From Candidatus Kaiserbacteria bacterium (lineage in GTDB: Bacteria > Patescibacteriota > Minisyncoccia > Phycocordibacterales > Phycocordibacteraceae): a stretch of DNA of 64,000 nucleotides. A program made the position numbers and the translations under genes. The notes below the pieces were generated by a model. The model was not told the DNA's origin, did not search any database, and saw nothing but the letters and a program-made list of their open reading frames with translations. Position 1 is the stretch's first letter. Each line of letters begins with the position of its first letter. The DNA is taken from contig JARIGN010000004.1 in the NCBI GenBank assembly GCA_029288835.1, positions 22,313 through 86,312 of the forward strand, in the 5' to 3' direction. Shown here in pieces: positions 1 to 9,517 of the stretch.

Positions 1-1
1 T

Positions 2-2752
2 GTAGGTTCTTTTGAAAATAGAAGTGCACTAAATACCGTTGCACCCGCACCCATCTCTTCGCCGGAAGAAGAGCTTGCCTATTTACGCGCGCAAGTCGAA
101 GCAAAAGAAGCAGAGCTTCGCGAACTAAAGCAGGAGCAGCCGCAGGCACTCGTAGCGCATGAGCGCCTTTTGCATCATCGCGAAGAGGGTCATGCCGTCA
201 TGGCGCCTGAGTATAGGATTTCTCCCACTGAGGCGCAGGAGCTCGCACTCGAGCTCGATCCAGAGCAGGACGACGAGACCATGGAAGAACTGCGGAATAT
301 CATGGAAGAAAAGGGTATTCGCAATGCCTATGCCGTGCTCGACCACCTCAATAGCCCGCACCTTGAGGACGACTTCCACCGTTTTCTCGTGCAGTACATC
401 CTGGCAGGCATGCAGCCAAACGGGATGCGCGACAGCCAGCCCGAGTGGAAGTCACTTCACTTTACACTCTATGAAATAGCTTTGCCTGAAAAGGAACAAA
501 CTGAAGAGGGGAAGCAAAAGGTGCTTAAGGAGCTCATCTCCTCCATGGAGCAGTTTTATGCGAGCATGCTTTCCGTTGCGGAAGCCTATGCGGGCGAGCC
601 GCCATACTTTTCACTCGAGCTCGCAGTGCCTGTGGACCGTTCAGCACTCTTTTTCTATGCTGCCGTGCCAAATGGCCGTCGCGATCTTTTTGAAAAATCA
701 ATCCTTTCCATTTTTCCACACGCGCACCTCACGCCTCAGCCTAATGACTACAATGCCTTTGTGCCAGAAGGCTTTTCTATAGGAACCACGGCGAAGCTTG
801 CACATAAGCAGATGCTGCCGCTGAAGGACTATACGGAGTTTGACTATGATCCCTTAAATTCCATTCTCAACGCGTTTGCAAAAATCGGTGCAGAAGATGA
901 AGGCGCAGCGCTGCAGATAATATTTCAGCCAAAGGGTGACCGCTACATTCGCCACTATAGAAAAGTGCTTGAAGCACTGCGTCGCGGGGAAGATACGTAT
1001 AAGGCGCTCAATACTCCAGAATCCTTTGCGGGAGAACTCGTAAAAGAGACCGGAGCGATTTTCGTAAAGCCAAAAGAGCTTGACCGTTCCCATGCCGACC
1101 AAACGGTCATCGAGCTCGTCGAAAAGAAAATGGCGTCGCCTATTATTGCGACGAACATTCGCATGGTGGTGTCTTCGCGCAGTGAAGTGCGTGCTACGCA
1201 AATCCTCAATGACCTGGAATCTTCCTTCAACCAGTTTGAAAATACACGAGGGAATAGGCTGCAGTTTAAGCGTTTTCATAAGCGCCAGGCAAAAGACCTT
1301 TTCCATGACTTCACGTACCGTCTTTTTGCCCCCAGCGCTGAAATGCCGCTAAACCTTCGCGAGCTCACGACCATCTACCACTTCCCACCGAAGGGTATCG
1401 AATCATCACCAAACCTCAAGCAGGGCAGATACACCACTGCGGCTGCGCCGCTAGATCTTCCTCGCGAGGGTCTTTATATCGGCTCCAACTTCTTCCGTGG
1501 GACGGAAACGCATGTGACCCTTGCGCCGCAGGACCGTCTTCGTCACCTATATGTAATAGGACAGACCGGTACGGGTAAGTCGGTATTCTTGAAGAATCTC
1601 TGTATTCAGGACATTCAAGCGGGTGAAGGCACGTGCTTTATTGATCCCCACGGCAACGATATCATCGATATTCTTGCCGCCGTGCCGCCGGAGCGCTATG
1701 AAGACGTGATTTATTTTGACCCTGCGTATCTCGACCGCCCGTTCGGGCTCAACCTCCTTGAGTATGACCAGCGCATGCCTGAGCAAAAGACGTTTATTGT
1801 GAATGAAATCCTTGCTATCTTCCGCAGGCTCTATGGCGACGTGCCGGAAAGTATGGGCCCGATGTTTGAACAGTACTTCCGAAACTCAACGCTTCTCGTC
1901 ATGGAAGATCCGGCGAGCGGCTCGACACTGCTCGATATTGCGCGCGTACTTTCGAACAAAGCCTTCCGCGATATGAAACTTTCTCGCTGCTTTAACCCGG
2001 TCGTGAGCCAGTTCTGGAATGAGATCGCAACGCAAGCAGGTGGGGAGGCGTCGCTTGAAAATATCGTGCCGTATATCACCAACAAGTTTGACGACTTCTC
2101 CGCGAACGATTTCATGCGCCCTATCGTCGGCCAGCAAAACTCTTCCTTTAACTTCCGCGAGGTAATGGATAACAAAAAAATCTTGCTGGTGAATCTTTCG
2201 AAGGGAAGGCTCGGCGAGCGTAATGCAAACCTCATTGGTTTGATTTTGGTAGGGAAGATCTTTATGGCTGCACTTTCTCGTGCCGACTCCGTCGGCACGA
2301 ATTTCCCGCCGTTCTATCTGTACATCGACGAGTTCCAAAACATCACCACCGACTCCATTCCTGCCATTCTTTCAGAAGCCCGTAAATACAAGCTATCTTT
2401 GACGGTGGCGCACCAGTTCCTGGCACAGATCGACGAGAAGATTCGTGATGCGGTGTTTGGAAACGTCGGCTCCATGAGCGTGTTCCGTGTGGGGCAGGAA
2501 GATGGAGAATTCTTTGCAAAGCAGTTTGCCCCAACTATCAACGCGCTCGATTTCGTCAATATCGAAAACTATAATGCGTACATAAAAATGCTCGCGGGTG
2601 GTGTGCCACAAAAGCCATTCAATATTAAGACGCCGGCGCCAATTCAGGGTAACCCGAACCAGGTCGACGACCTCCGCGAGCTTTCCTACCTAACCTATGG
2701 CCGCGACCGCCTCACGGTGGAGACCGCTATCCGCAACCGGTACCTATCCTAA
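2..2752 (+). CDS. Type IV secretion/conjugation coupling-protein-like P-loop ATPase (TraD/VirD4/TraG family); frame open to window edge, so probably 5'-partial (first in-frame starts TTG 170, ATG 200)
   Basis: No stop codon in this frame from nt 2 to TAA at 2750. Walker A is YVIGQTGTGKS and Walker B is FYLYIDEFQN. The C-terminal ARKYKLSLTVAHQFLAQ...GNVGSMSVFRVGQEDGEFFAKQF matches the TraG/TraD C-terminal signature. The N-terminal ~400 aa is a soluble coiled-coil-rich domain with no visible TM helix. Confidence 0.6.
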   Translation, partial: VGSFENRSALNTVAPAPISSPEEELAYLRAQVEAKEAELRELKQEQPQALVAHERLLHHREEGHAVMAPEYRISPTEAQELALELDPEQDDETMEELRNIMEEKGIRNAYAVLDHLNSPHLEDDFHRFLVQYILAGMQPNGMRDSQPEWKSLHFTLYEIALPEKEQTEEGKQKVLKELISSMEQFYASMLSVAEAYAGEPPYFSLELAVPVDRSALFFYAAVPNGRRDLFEKSILSIFPHAHLTPQPNDYNAFVPEGFSIGTTAKLAHKQMLPLKDYTEFDYDPLNSILNAFAKIGAEDEGAALQIIFQPKGDRYIRHYRKVLEALRRGEDTYKALNTPESFAGELVKETGAIFVKPKELDRSHADQTVIELVEKKMASPIIATNIRMVVSSRSEVRATQILNDLESSFNQFENTRGNRLQFKRFHKRQAKDLFHDFTYRLFAPSAEMPLNLRELTTIYHFPPKGIESSPNLKQGRYTTAAAPLDLPREGLYIGSNFFRGTETHVTLAPQDRLRHLYVIGQTGTGKSVFLKNLCIQDIQAGEGTCFIDPHGNDIIDILAAVPPERYEDVIYFDPAYLDRPFGLNLLEYDQRMPEQKTFIVNEILAIFRRLYGDVPESMGPMFEQYFRNSTLLVMEDPASGSTLLDIARVLSNKAFRDMKLSRCFNPVVSQFWNEIATQAGGEASLENIVPYITNKFDDFSANDFMRPIVGQQNSSFNFREVMDNKKILLVNLSKGRLGERNANLIGLILVGKIFMAALSRADSVGTNFPPFYLYIDEFQNITTDSIPAILSEARKYKLSLTVAHQFLAQIDEKIRDAVFGNVGSMSVFRVGQEDGEFFAKQFAPTINALDFVNIENYNAYIKMLAGGVPQKPFNIKTPAPIQGNPNQVDDLRELSYLTYGRDRLTVETAIRNRYLS

Positions 2753-2779
2753 CGTGACAGCTCAGCTTATACTTTAGAT

Positions 2780-5419
2780 ATGCCAACAGGTGAAAAACTA
2801 CCAAAAATTACAGCTAATGAAAAAGGCGTAACTGTTTCCGGTCACAAAGAGGGTGTGACTGTAAATAATAATTACAAAACTGAGATTCATATCCACGGAT
2901 CAGCTCCTGAATCTCATCCGACCACAACTGTAACTGAGCCGCAAAGAATTGTTTTTTTCTCAACGCAGCGAAAAAGATTAGAAAAGATAGAAAAGCACCG
3001 CGCAAGAATGCAGGAAGCAGTTAAGGCGCTGCGAGAAAAAGAAGGAAAACAAGATAACAAAGAGTCTCCCAACGTCGAGTCCCCTAAAGCTGAAACTGCC
3101 GGCGCTGCAGCTACTCAGACTCCTAATGCAGCACCTAAAACAGAAAGTGCTCCAGAGAAGACCACTGAAAAGCTAAAGCCGCTTCGCGACAAAGGAATAG
3201 AAGAGGTAATGGAGAAGATGAAGGCTCGAAATGTGGCTGAAGCTTCTGCCTCAACGCCAAAGCCAGCAGCAGAGAAAAAACCGGATGCCTTTACTCCTGA
3301 TGAAAATAGGCTACTTAGGCTCGCCCTTGCTTCGAGAGGACCAGAAGCAATGAGGGAACTTCAAAAGCAGCTGCAATTGGATAAAGGGGAAAAGATTGAT
3401 GGAAAGTTAGGAAAAAGAACAAACCAAGAGCGCAGAGCGAAAGCAATGGAGCAGGCTGAAAAAATGCTTACTGCGGAAGGAGCATACTTTGTAGCACTCA
3501 AAGAATTTCACAGAACAAAAGGCTTCCATAGTGTCATTGGCGACAAATTTAACCCAGACGGTAGAATGCTTCCGCCAAATGTGCAGGCTTTAAAAGATGC
3601 ATGGATTGCTTCTCGCTCCTCATATGCGGAGTTTATGCGTAACAGTGCCGAAGATAGCCATCGAAAAAGGCATGAGAGGTATACCGGAAAGACTGCAGAG
3701 CTCCTCACCGACCGTGTAATGGAGCGGTACCAACGGCGCTTCATGGTTAAGGAAGTGGTCTTAGGTGCAGAAAAGGCAGAGCAAAGGGCACGTCTTGAGG
3801 GGCTTTCAACGCGTGACAAAAAAGGAATTGAAAAGTTTTTTGATAAGTACCAAAAGGGAATTAGTAAAGGCCTTCGGATATTTGGTACAGGTGCGATGAT
3901 AACGATGGGCATGGCTGCGGGAATTAGCGGATCTCCAATCGTTGGAATTGGAGCACTTCTATTCGGGGGCGCATCTGCTTTTAGTCTCTATAAAGCAGCA
4001 AAGGCAAAAGATGGTTCGGAAGAAAAGAAAAAATGGGAAAGAAGAGCACAGCTCACTAGCTTTGCAGGTATATTTGGCTGGGTTGGAGACAAGCTCATTC
4101 GCGGTGGTCATTCTTTAAACAAAACAGTTGATAAAGCTCATCAAACTCTTGAAAAGAGAGAGGGTCTCGGCGACCTTACCAGCGTGCAAAACATGAAGAA
4201 TATTGCCCATGAAAGGAAGCGAGCAACACAGGCAGAGGAAGTGGTTGAAGCAGATGCACGCATGGGAAGACTCGCAGGGTCGCTAATAGGAGGTGCGGCA
4301 GTAGGGGGTGCTCTGCATGGCCACCTTGGTCTTGGAGGAGGCTTTGAGCACCATAAGACAGTAAGTGAACTTTCTATTGGAGAGCACGCTGGGGGTCACA
4401 CCATTTATGACGGAGAAAGGCTTCTCGGACATTTTGCGAATAAGCTTCACAACCATCACTTCCCGGGAGGACATGTCCCAAAGTCAGTGCAAGCTTTTGA
4501 AAAGCTCCTTCACGTGAAAGGGCACAAAGGTTTTGCATGGAGCGCGGGGGAAAATAGAGCTTCAAAACTCCTGGGGTTTGAGGGTCCTAATGGAAGCGTT
4601 GTGATGCAGCCACACGACAGTCTAAAGCTCCTTGATAATGGAGACATTATTCTCCATAGGCCGGGACATCCGGAAATGGATACCCTTATTATGGATTCAC
4701 AAGGAAATCCTCACCAGATAGATACCTTTGTATGGCACCAGGCGCCCGTAGGGCATCATGCGCCTGGTTCTCCTACTCACGAAATGCATGAAGGCCATGA
4801 TATGAGTGCTGCCGCTTCAAATGACACCTCCCATGACCATGATGATGTTGCATTAAATAATGAGCAGCACCAAAAAGACCTTGCTGAAGACGCTGCGCGC
4901 CACTACACTCAGCCACCGACATCAACTCACATACCAGTACAGTCTACTGTTTCCCAACCAGAAAATGCGGCAAGCACCCAACAAGCATACGAAAACTTCA
5001 AACATAATTTCGCTGAACTAAAAGCCGAGCACCAAGCTGAGCGCGCTGCAGAGCATACTGCTCCACCGCATAGTGAAGTAATGTCTGCCGTTGCGGCACA
5101 TCAGCCTCCTCATGCACCTGACCTAGGCCCTATTGTGCAGCCACCACCGCATATTATTCAAGGGTCGGAGCATGCCGTAGCTACTGATAATGGGCATATT
5201 GAAGCAGAGTCTGCTGCTACTTTTCACGCGGAGCCTGGATCAGTGGCAGCATGGAATCAGGCGCGCGTGGCACCTGCAGGAACAGAAGTCCCGTATATAA
5301 GTCATGTTGATCCTAGTGGACCCCACTGGAATTCATGGGTTTCGGACGGAAAGGGACAAGTCCATGAAATATTGGGAGTTGACTCAGCTAATGGGAAACA
5401 CCTCCCTCCAGCAGCGTAG
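2780..5419 (+). CDS. Large hypothetical membrane protein (879 aa): Lys/Glu-rich N-terminal region, central TM helices, His-rich C-terminal region
   Basis: Long ORF. Hydrophobic stretch GLRIFGTGAMITMGMAAGISGSPIVGIGALLFGGASAFSLY. Repeated His clusters (HGHLGLGGGFEHH, HNHHFPGGH, HEMHEGHDM, SHDHDD). No recognisable catalytic motif. Lower GC than the core genes. Confidence 0.55.
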   Translation: MPTGEKLPKITANEKGVTVSGHKEGVTVNNNYKTEIHIHGSAPESHPTTTVTEPQRIVFFSTQRKRLEKIEKHRARMQEAVKALREKEGKQDNKESPNVESPKAETAGAAATQTPNAAPKTESAPEKTTEKLKPLRDKGIEEVMEKMKARNVAEASASTPKPAAEKKPDAFTPDENRLLRLALASRGPEAMRELQKQLQLDKGEKIDGKLGKRTNQERRAKAMEQAEKMLTAEGAYFVALKEFHRTKGFHSVIGDKFNPDGRMLPPNVQALKDAWIASRSSYAEFMRNSAEDSHRKRHERYTGKTAELLTDRVMERYQRRFMVKEVVLGAEKAEQRARLEGLSTRDKKGIEKFFDKYQKGISKGLRIFGTGAMITMGMAAGISGSPIVGIGALLFGGASAFSLYKAAKAKDGSEEKKKWERRAQLTSFAGIFGWVGDKLIRGGHSLNKTVDKAHQTLEKREGLGDLTSVQNMKNIAHERKRATQAEEVVEADARMGRLAGSLIGGAAVGGALHGHLGLGGGFEHHKTVSELSIGEHAGGHTIYDGERLLGHFANKLHNHHFPGGHVPKSVQAFEKLLHVKGHKGFAWSAGENRASKLLGFEGPNGSVVMQPHDSLKLLDNGDIILHRPGHPEMDTLIMDSQGNPHQIDTFVWHQAPVGHHAPGSPTHEMHEGHDMSAAASNDTSHDHDDVALNNEQHQKDLAEDAARHYTQPPTSTHIPVQSTVSQPENAASTQQAYENFKHNFAELKAEHQAERAAEHTAPPHSEVMSAVAAHQPPHAPDLGPIVQPPPHIIQGSEHAVATDNGHIEAESAATFHAEPGSVAAWNQARVAPAGTEVPYISHVDPSGPHWNSWVSDGKGQVHEILGVDSANGKHLPPAA

Positions 5420-5442
5420 TGTTATTACATAATTACATTTCT

Positions 5443-5733
5443 ATGACCTCTTTTGATGAAATTAAAGAAGCCCTCGACTTCGATACTATGACAAAAGCAG
5501 AGCAAGATGATTTATTGCTTGAATTGAATGAACTTATCTTTAAAGGGACTATGATTCGAGTTCTAGAGGTTATGGATGAAAAGGATAAGGAAGGCTTTCA
5601 TGATCTTATTGATCAGAATGCAAGCAGCGAAGAATTGTCACGTTATATCCAATCACACGTCTCAAATATTGACTTTTTTGTTGCAGAGACTGTGCAGGAT
5701 TTGACGCAGGATATACAAGCAGTGCTAAAATAG
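5443..5733 (+). CDS. Small acidic hypothetical protein (~97 aa; alternative GTG start 5419)
   Basis: ORF directly after the 879-aa protein. AT-rich. No known motif. Confidence 0.4.
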   Translation: MTSFDEIKEALDFDTMTKAEQDDLLLELNELIFKGTMIRVLEVMDEKDKEGFHDLIDQNASSEELSRYIQSHVSNIDFFVAETVQDLTQDIQAVLK

Positions 5734-5737
5734 AGAC

Positions 5738-6310
5738 ATGAATCAAAACACCAACGTAACCGGCACAGGAATTGCAGTGGCTGTAGCTGTAATTATCGCC
5801 ATTGCACTTATTTTTTTTGGGCCACGAATATTTACCTTATTTTCCAGTGCGCCTTCATTAGGCAGCGTCGCATCAAGTACTGCTTCAACGTCGGAAGCAA
5901 CAGAACAACCTAATCCACAACCAACTATGAATCCAAACACTGCAGACCTATCGGGAGTACCAGCAAACCCAACACAGCTTATGACTAAAGACATCACGAT
6001 TGGTACGGGTGCAGAAGCGAAAGCAGGAGATACCGTAACGGTTAATTACGTAGGTATGCTCACAAATGGAACTGTGTTCGATGCTTCGGCAAATCATGGT
6101 ACTTCTGGTTTTACTTTTCCTCTCGGGGCAGGTCAGGTCATCAAAGGTTGGGATGAAGGGGTCCAGGGCATGAAAGTCGGTGGAAAGCGTGAGCTTGTTA
6201 TTCCCGCCTCTCTCGGGTATGGAAGCCAAGCAGTTGGTCCTATTCCTGCTAACTCAACGCTTGTGTTTGAAGTAGAACTCTTAAACGTACAGGCAAGTAC
6301 ACAGCAATAG
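5738..6310 (+). CDS. FKBP-type peptidyl-prolyl cis-trans isomerase with N-terminal membrane anchor
   Basis: N-terminal TM helix plus Ser/Thr-rich linker. FKBP domain GDTVTVNYVGMLTNGTVFDAS...GAGQVIKGWDEGVQGMKVGGKRELVIPASLGYG. Confidence 0.8.
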   Translation: MNQNTNVTGTGIAVAVAVIIAIALIFFGPRIFTLFSSAPSLGSVASSTASTSEATEQPNPQPTMNPNTADLSGVPANPTQLMTKDITIGTGAEAKAGDTVTVNYVGMLTNGTVFDASANHGTSGFTFPLGAGQVIKGWDEGVQGMKVGGKRELVIPASLGYGSQAVGPIPANSTLVFEVELLNVQASTQQ

Positions 6311-6339
6311 AAAATTTATTTCTGTAAGTATATAGAAAA

Positions 6340-6370
6340 AGGGCGCGACAGCAGTCTGCTATCGCGCCCT
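6340..6370. terminator. Bidirectional intrinsic terminator hairpin between convergent genes
   Basis: Stem agggcgcga / tcgcgccct, 9 bp. Confidence 0.45.
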
Positions 6371-6392
6371 TATGCGACCGAATTGGTCGAGT

Positions 6393-6965
6393 TTAGGAAC
6401 GTGTGTGGCGCACGTTGCCCTGGATGTTGTTCCGGATCGGTTCCGGTTCAACAAAGAGGTCGTCGTGTAGGCCTGGATGAAGCTTCTTGTAGTAGTTCAG
6501 AAAGTCTCGAGCACAGCCTGCGACGGGGGAAACTTGGCCTTGGCTGTAAATGATAGCGCTGTTGGGAACAGAGTCGATCGCACCCACGACGGCTCCCACG
6601 CCCCAGTACTTCTTGGCCAGCGCCTTACCGACTCCAAGCATCTTCGCCTGGGTGCCTATCGAAAGTGCTCCAGCTCCTGCTGAAACGGCCCCATTTGCGA
6701 GGATGGTTTCAGGAAATCCAGACCCTTGGTTGTTTTGCTGGTGCTGACACTTGATTGCCTGCACTTCGCAGAGACGTCCTTCATCGGGCGTAAGCACGGG
6801 ACCGAGAGTAATACCCTCGGTGTACTTGAAACACCCGATTTTCGTCACAGCCCCTTCGTCGGAGTGAGAGATTCCGGCAAAAGGTCCGGGACCTGGAGTG
6901 GAGCATGCAGACAGTTGAGCGCCAGCAAGCAGGAGCCCACAGGCGGCAATTATCTTGAGATTCAT
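6393..6965 (-). CDS. Hypothetical lipoprotein with glycine-zipper-like segment
   Basis: Signal peptide with lipobox LSAC. Gly-rich GAVSAGAGALSIG...GVGKALAKKYWGVGAVVGAI. Confidence 0.55.
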   Translation of the reverse strand: MNLKIIAACGLLLAGAQLSACSTPGPGPFAGISHSDEGAVTKIGCFKYTEGITLGPVLTPDEGRLCEVQAIKCQHQQNNQGSGFPETILANGAVSAGAGALSIGTQAKMLGVGKALAKKYWGVGAVVGAIDSVPNSAIIYSQGQVSPVAGCARDFLNYYKKLHPGLHDDLFVEPEPIRNNIQGNVRHTRS

Positions 6966-7083
6966 TACACTACACTCCTAAGTGGCAATGCCACGGTGAA
7001 ATTTGTAGGTACTAATGCACCCTAGGTACCATATAACATATAAATAGCGCAAATGTCAAGATTTTACAGACGTATTGAAGAGC

Positions 7084-7112
7084 TTGACAATATAGGAATT
7101 ATAGATTATAGT
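7084..7112 (+). promoter_or_regulatory. Consensus sigma70-like promoter (TTGACA-17 nt-TATAGT) for the gene at 7162
   Basis: Exact TTGACA at 7084-7089. 17-nt spacer. TATAGT at 7107-7112. Lies in the divergent intergenic region. Confidence 0.5.
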
Positions 7113-7161
7113 GTTTCAAGATCAAACGCTCTAACCAGAGCTACATCGAGGGACTACCACC

Positions 7162-7485
7162 ATGATGAACGTTCTCAAGATCACGCTTTTCGGAGCAGCC
7201 GCGCTGTCGCTCGTCGCATGCAATTCGCATGGGTACGATCAAACAGACACATATACCCAGACTGTCCACCATCACGGGGACTGCTGGGGAGGGGAGTGCA
7301 GTCGGCTGCGCGCCAGCGAGGCGCAACCTTCGGAATTCCAGGATCCCACAATCCAGAATTCGAACGACGTCTCCGTGTATGTTGACGGGGATGGCGGCTC
7401 CAGTCGTCCTCATCGCCGTCACGTGCGTGTCGCCCACGCGAACTCGTCCTCTCATCAGAAGGTTTGTAAGCCCGACGATGACTGA
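7162..7485 (+). CDS. Small His/Cys-rich hypothetical lipoprotein (107 aa)
   Basis: Signal peptide with lipobox LVAC. HHHGDCWGGECS and PHRRHVRVAH motifs. Slightly higher GC than neighbours. Confidence 0.5.
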   Translation: MMNVLKITLFGAAALSLVACNSHGYDQTDTYTQTVHHHGDCWGGECSRLRASEAQPSEFQDPTIQNSNDVSVYVDGDGGSSRPHRRHVRVAHANSSSHQKVCKPDDD

Positions 7486-7573
7486 CGATGACGTGGCCTC
7501 GACCAGCCCACCCAATTCTTCACAGATGCGGGTGGGCTTTCACTTTATATACTTTTACGATATCAATAAGTAG

Positions 7574-8929
7574 ATGAGCAATAGCATTTCTCGCAACTCA
7601 ATACAATTTTCAATTACCGCAAAAGGCCCCGCTTCAAATAATGGTAATGACTTGCGTTTTGCACGTGCAGGCACGCTCACCACACCCCACGGAACAATCC
7701 AAACACCCGCATTCGTCCCGGTAGGTACAAAGGCTGCCATAAAAGGAATCTTGCCTGAGCAGCTAGCTTCGCTTGGGGCTCAGGTCGTGCTTGCAAACAC
7801 CTACCACCTATACCTGCAGCCAGGAGAAAAAACGGTGCAGCAGGGAGGTGGTCTCGCGCAATTCATGGGGTGGGAAAATCCTGCAGACAAAGACGACTCC
7901 AATGGTAGTGAAAGCATCTATGGACCCACCATGACCGACTCCGGAGGCTTCCAAGTGTTTTCGCTTGGTGCGGCCTTTGGCCGCACCATTACCAAGATCG
8001 CAAAAGGTGATGAAGCTGCCCGCACAGAGGAAGAGCAACAAGATGCGGCCCGCAAGCAAGCTGAAGCATCGCGCATGGCCGTGTACGACGAAGACGTCGC
8101 TTCCCAGCATGGCCAGCTCGCCATTATTGATGACGAAGGCGTCACCTTCACCTCGCATCTTGACGGCTCGCTGCACCGCTTCACGCCTGAGCGTTCTATT
8201 GAAATACAGCATGCCCTAGGAGCCGATATGTTTTTTGCCTTTGACGAATGCACCTCGCCGACAGAACCGTATGAATACCAGCGTGAAGCCATGGAGCGCA
8301 CCCACCGCTGGGCGCTCCGCTCGCTAAAGGCGCATCGGCAGAACCTTGAGGCAAACAGAAAGCAAGCAATCTTCGGTATCGTACAAGGTGGCCGCTATGA
8401 AGACCTGCGCAGTGAAAGTGCGAAAGAAATTGCCTCGATGGATTTTGATGGCTTCGGCATTGGTGGCTCATTCAGCAAGGAAGATATGGAGGGCGCGCTC
8501 CAGGCTGCTATTAAGGAGCTTCCGGAAGAAAAACCACGGCACTTCCTTGGGATCGGCGAGCCTGGAGACATTCTTACGGGTATTGCTGAAGGCATCGATC
8601 TCTTTGACTGCGTCGCGCCAACCCGCCTGGGCAGACATGGCACCATATACACTAGCGGCGGTCCTATTAATCTAACCAATGAAAAATACCGCTCTGAATT
8701 CATTCCGCTTGATCCGGAACTTTCTTCACCAGTGCCGGGCACAGAAGCCTTCACTCGCGCGTACGTCGCACATCTTTTGCATTCAAAAGAAATGCTTGGG
8801 CAGATAATTGCTTCAATGCATAACGTGGGCTTTATTATCAAGCTCGTCGACGGTGCGCGCGAAGCGTTGCAGGAGGGTCGCTTTGAAGCATATCGTGAAG
8901 AGTTTCTGCGAAAGTACTACGGGCGATAG
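7574..8929 (+). CDS. tgt: Queuine tRNA-ribosyltransferase (tRNA-guanine transglycosylase) with a ~55-aa insertion and no Zn-binding cysteines
   Basis: AFVPVGTKAAIKG, LANTYHLYLQPG, TMTDSGGFQV, FAFDEC, GIGEPGD and DCVAPTRLGRHG motifs are collinear with bacterial Tgt. The CxCxxC zinc-site region reads SSPVPGTEAF. Confidence 0.85.
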   Translation: MSNSISRNSIQFSITAKGPASNNGNDLRFARAGTLTTPHGTIQTPAFVPVGTKAAIKGILPEQLASLGAQVVLANTYHLYLQPGEKTVQQGGGLAQFMGWENPADKDDSNGSESIYGPTMTDSGGFQVFSLGAAFGRTITKIAKGDEAARTEEEQQDAARKQAEASRMAVYDEDVASQHGQLAIIDDEGVTFTSHLDGSLHRFTPERSIEIQHALGADMFFAFDECTSPTEPYEYQREAMERTHRWALRSLKAHRQNLEANRKQAIFGIVQGGRYEDLRSESAKEIASMDFDGFGIGGSFSKEDMEGALQAAIKELPEEKPRHFLGIGEPGDILTGIAEGIDLFDCVAPTRLGRHGTIYTSGGPINLTNEKYRSEFIPLDPELSSPVPGTEAFTRAYVAHLLHSKEMLGQIIASMHNVGFIIKLVDGAREALQEGRFEAYREEFLRKYYGR

Positions 8930-8971
8930 AAGTGTCAGTGCCGCATTAGTTTTGCACCCTAATAAGAAAAA

Positions 8972-9001
8972 GGAGTAGCACGCGTCGACGCGTGCTACTC
9001 C
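8972..9001. terminator. Perfect 30-nt palindrome (ggagtagcacgcg tcga cgcgtgctactcc), bidirectional terminator between tgt and the convergent gene
   Basis: 13-bp perfect stem seen directly in the sequence. Confidence 0.5.
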
Positions 9002-9018
9002 GAAAGAACAGTGGATCG

Positions 9019-9408
9019 TTACGATTCCTTTATTTTCTTAAGCTCTTCGAGCTGTTTTGCGCACGCCTTATCAAGCGCGGCGAGTTCTTCAGGACCGTAG
9101 TCCTCGACTGCATAGGCCAAGTGGTCAATGCCATTACGCATTATGATGACATGCACGGAAACATGGTCAGGAATACCGGTGGGCTCAATAGAGAAAATAC
9201 AAAAGGTCGTTTCGGCGCGCGTAAGGATAGAAAGAGGGCTTTCAACAATATGAGAAAAACGGAGCGACCCTTTTGCGCTGTCTTCTCCATAGCGCTTCCG
9301 TATATACTTCCCAAGCTCAAGGATGGCAGGATATGCTTCCAGTACTCGAGCAGTTTCCGCGGTTTCGAACTCACGGTCTGTCATAACACACTCCCCAAAA
9401 GGACACAC
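9019..9408 (-). CDS. Hypothetical protein (129 aa; alternative start at MTDREFE)
   Basis: ORF convergent with tgt. No motif recognised. Confidence 0.4.
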   Translation of the reverse strand: MCPFGECVMTDREFETAETARVLEAYPAILELGKYIRKRYGEDSAKGSLRFSHIVESPLSILTRAETTFCIFSIEPTGIPDHVSVHVIIMRNGIDHLAYAVEDYGPEELAALDKACAKQLEELKKIKES

Positions 9409-9517
9409 GAAACTATGCTATAGGGCCGAGAATTAAATTTTGGTGAATCCCCCTATGGATAAACTCGGAGTAGCAGCAAAGGCTGTCTCTTTTTGTATTC
9501 TCCTATAAAATAGGGCA

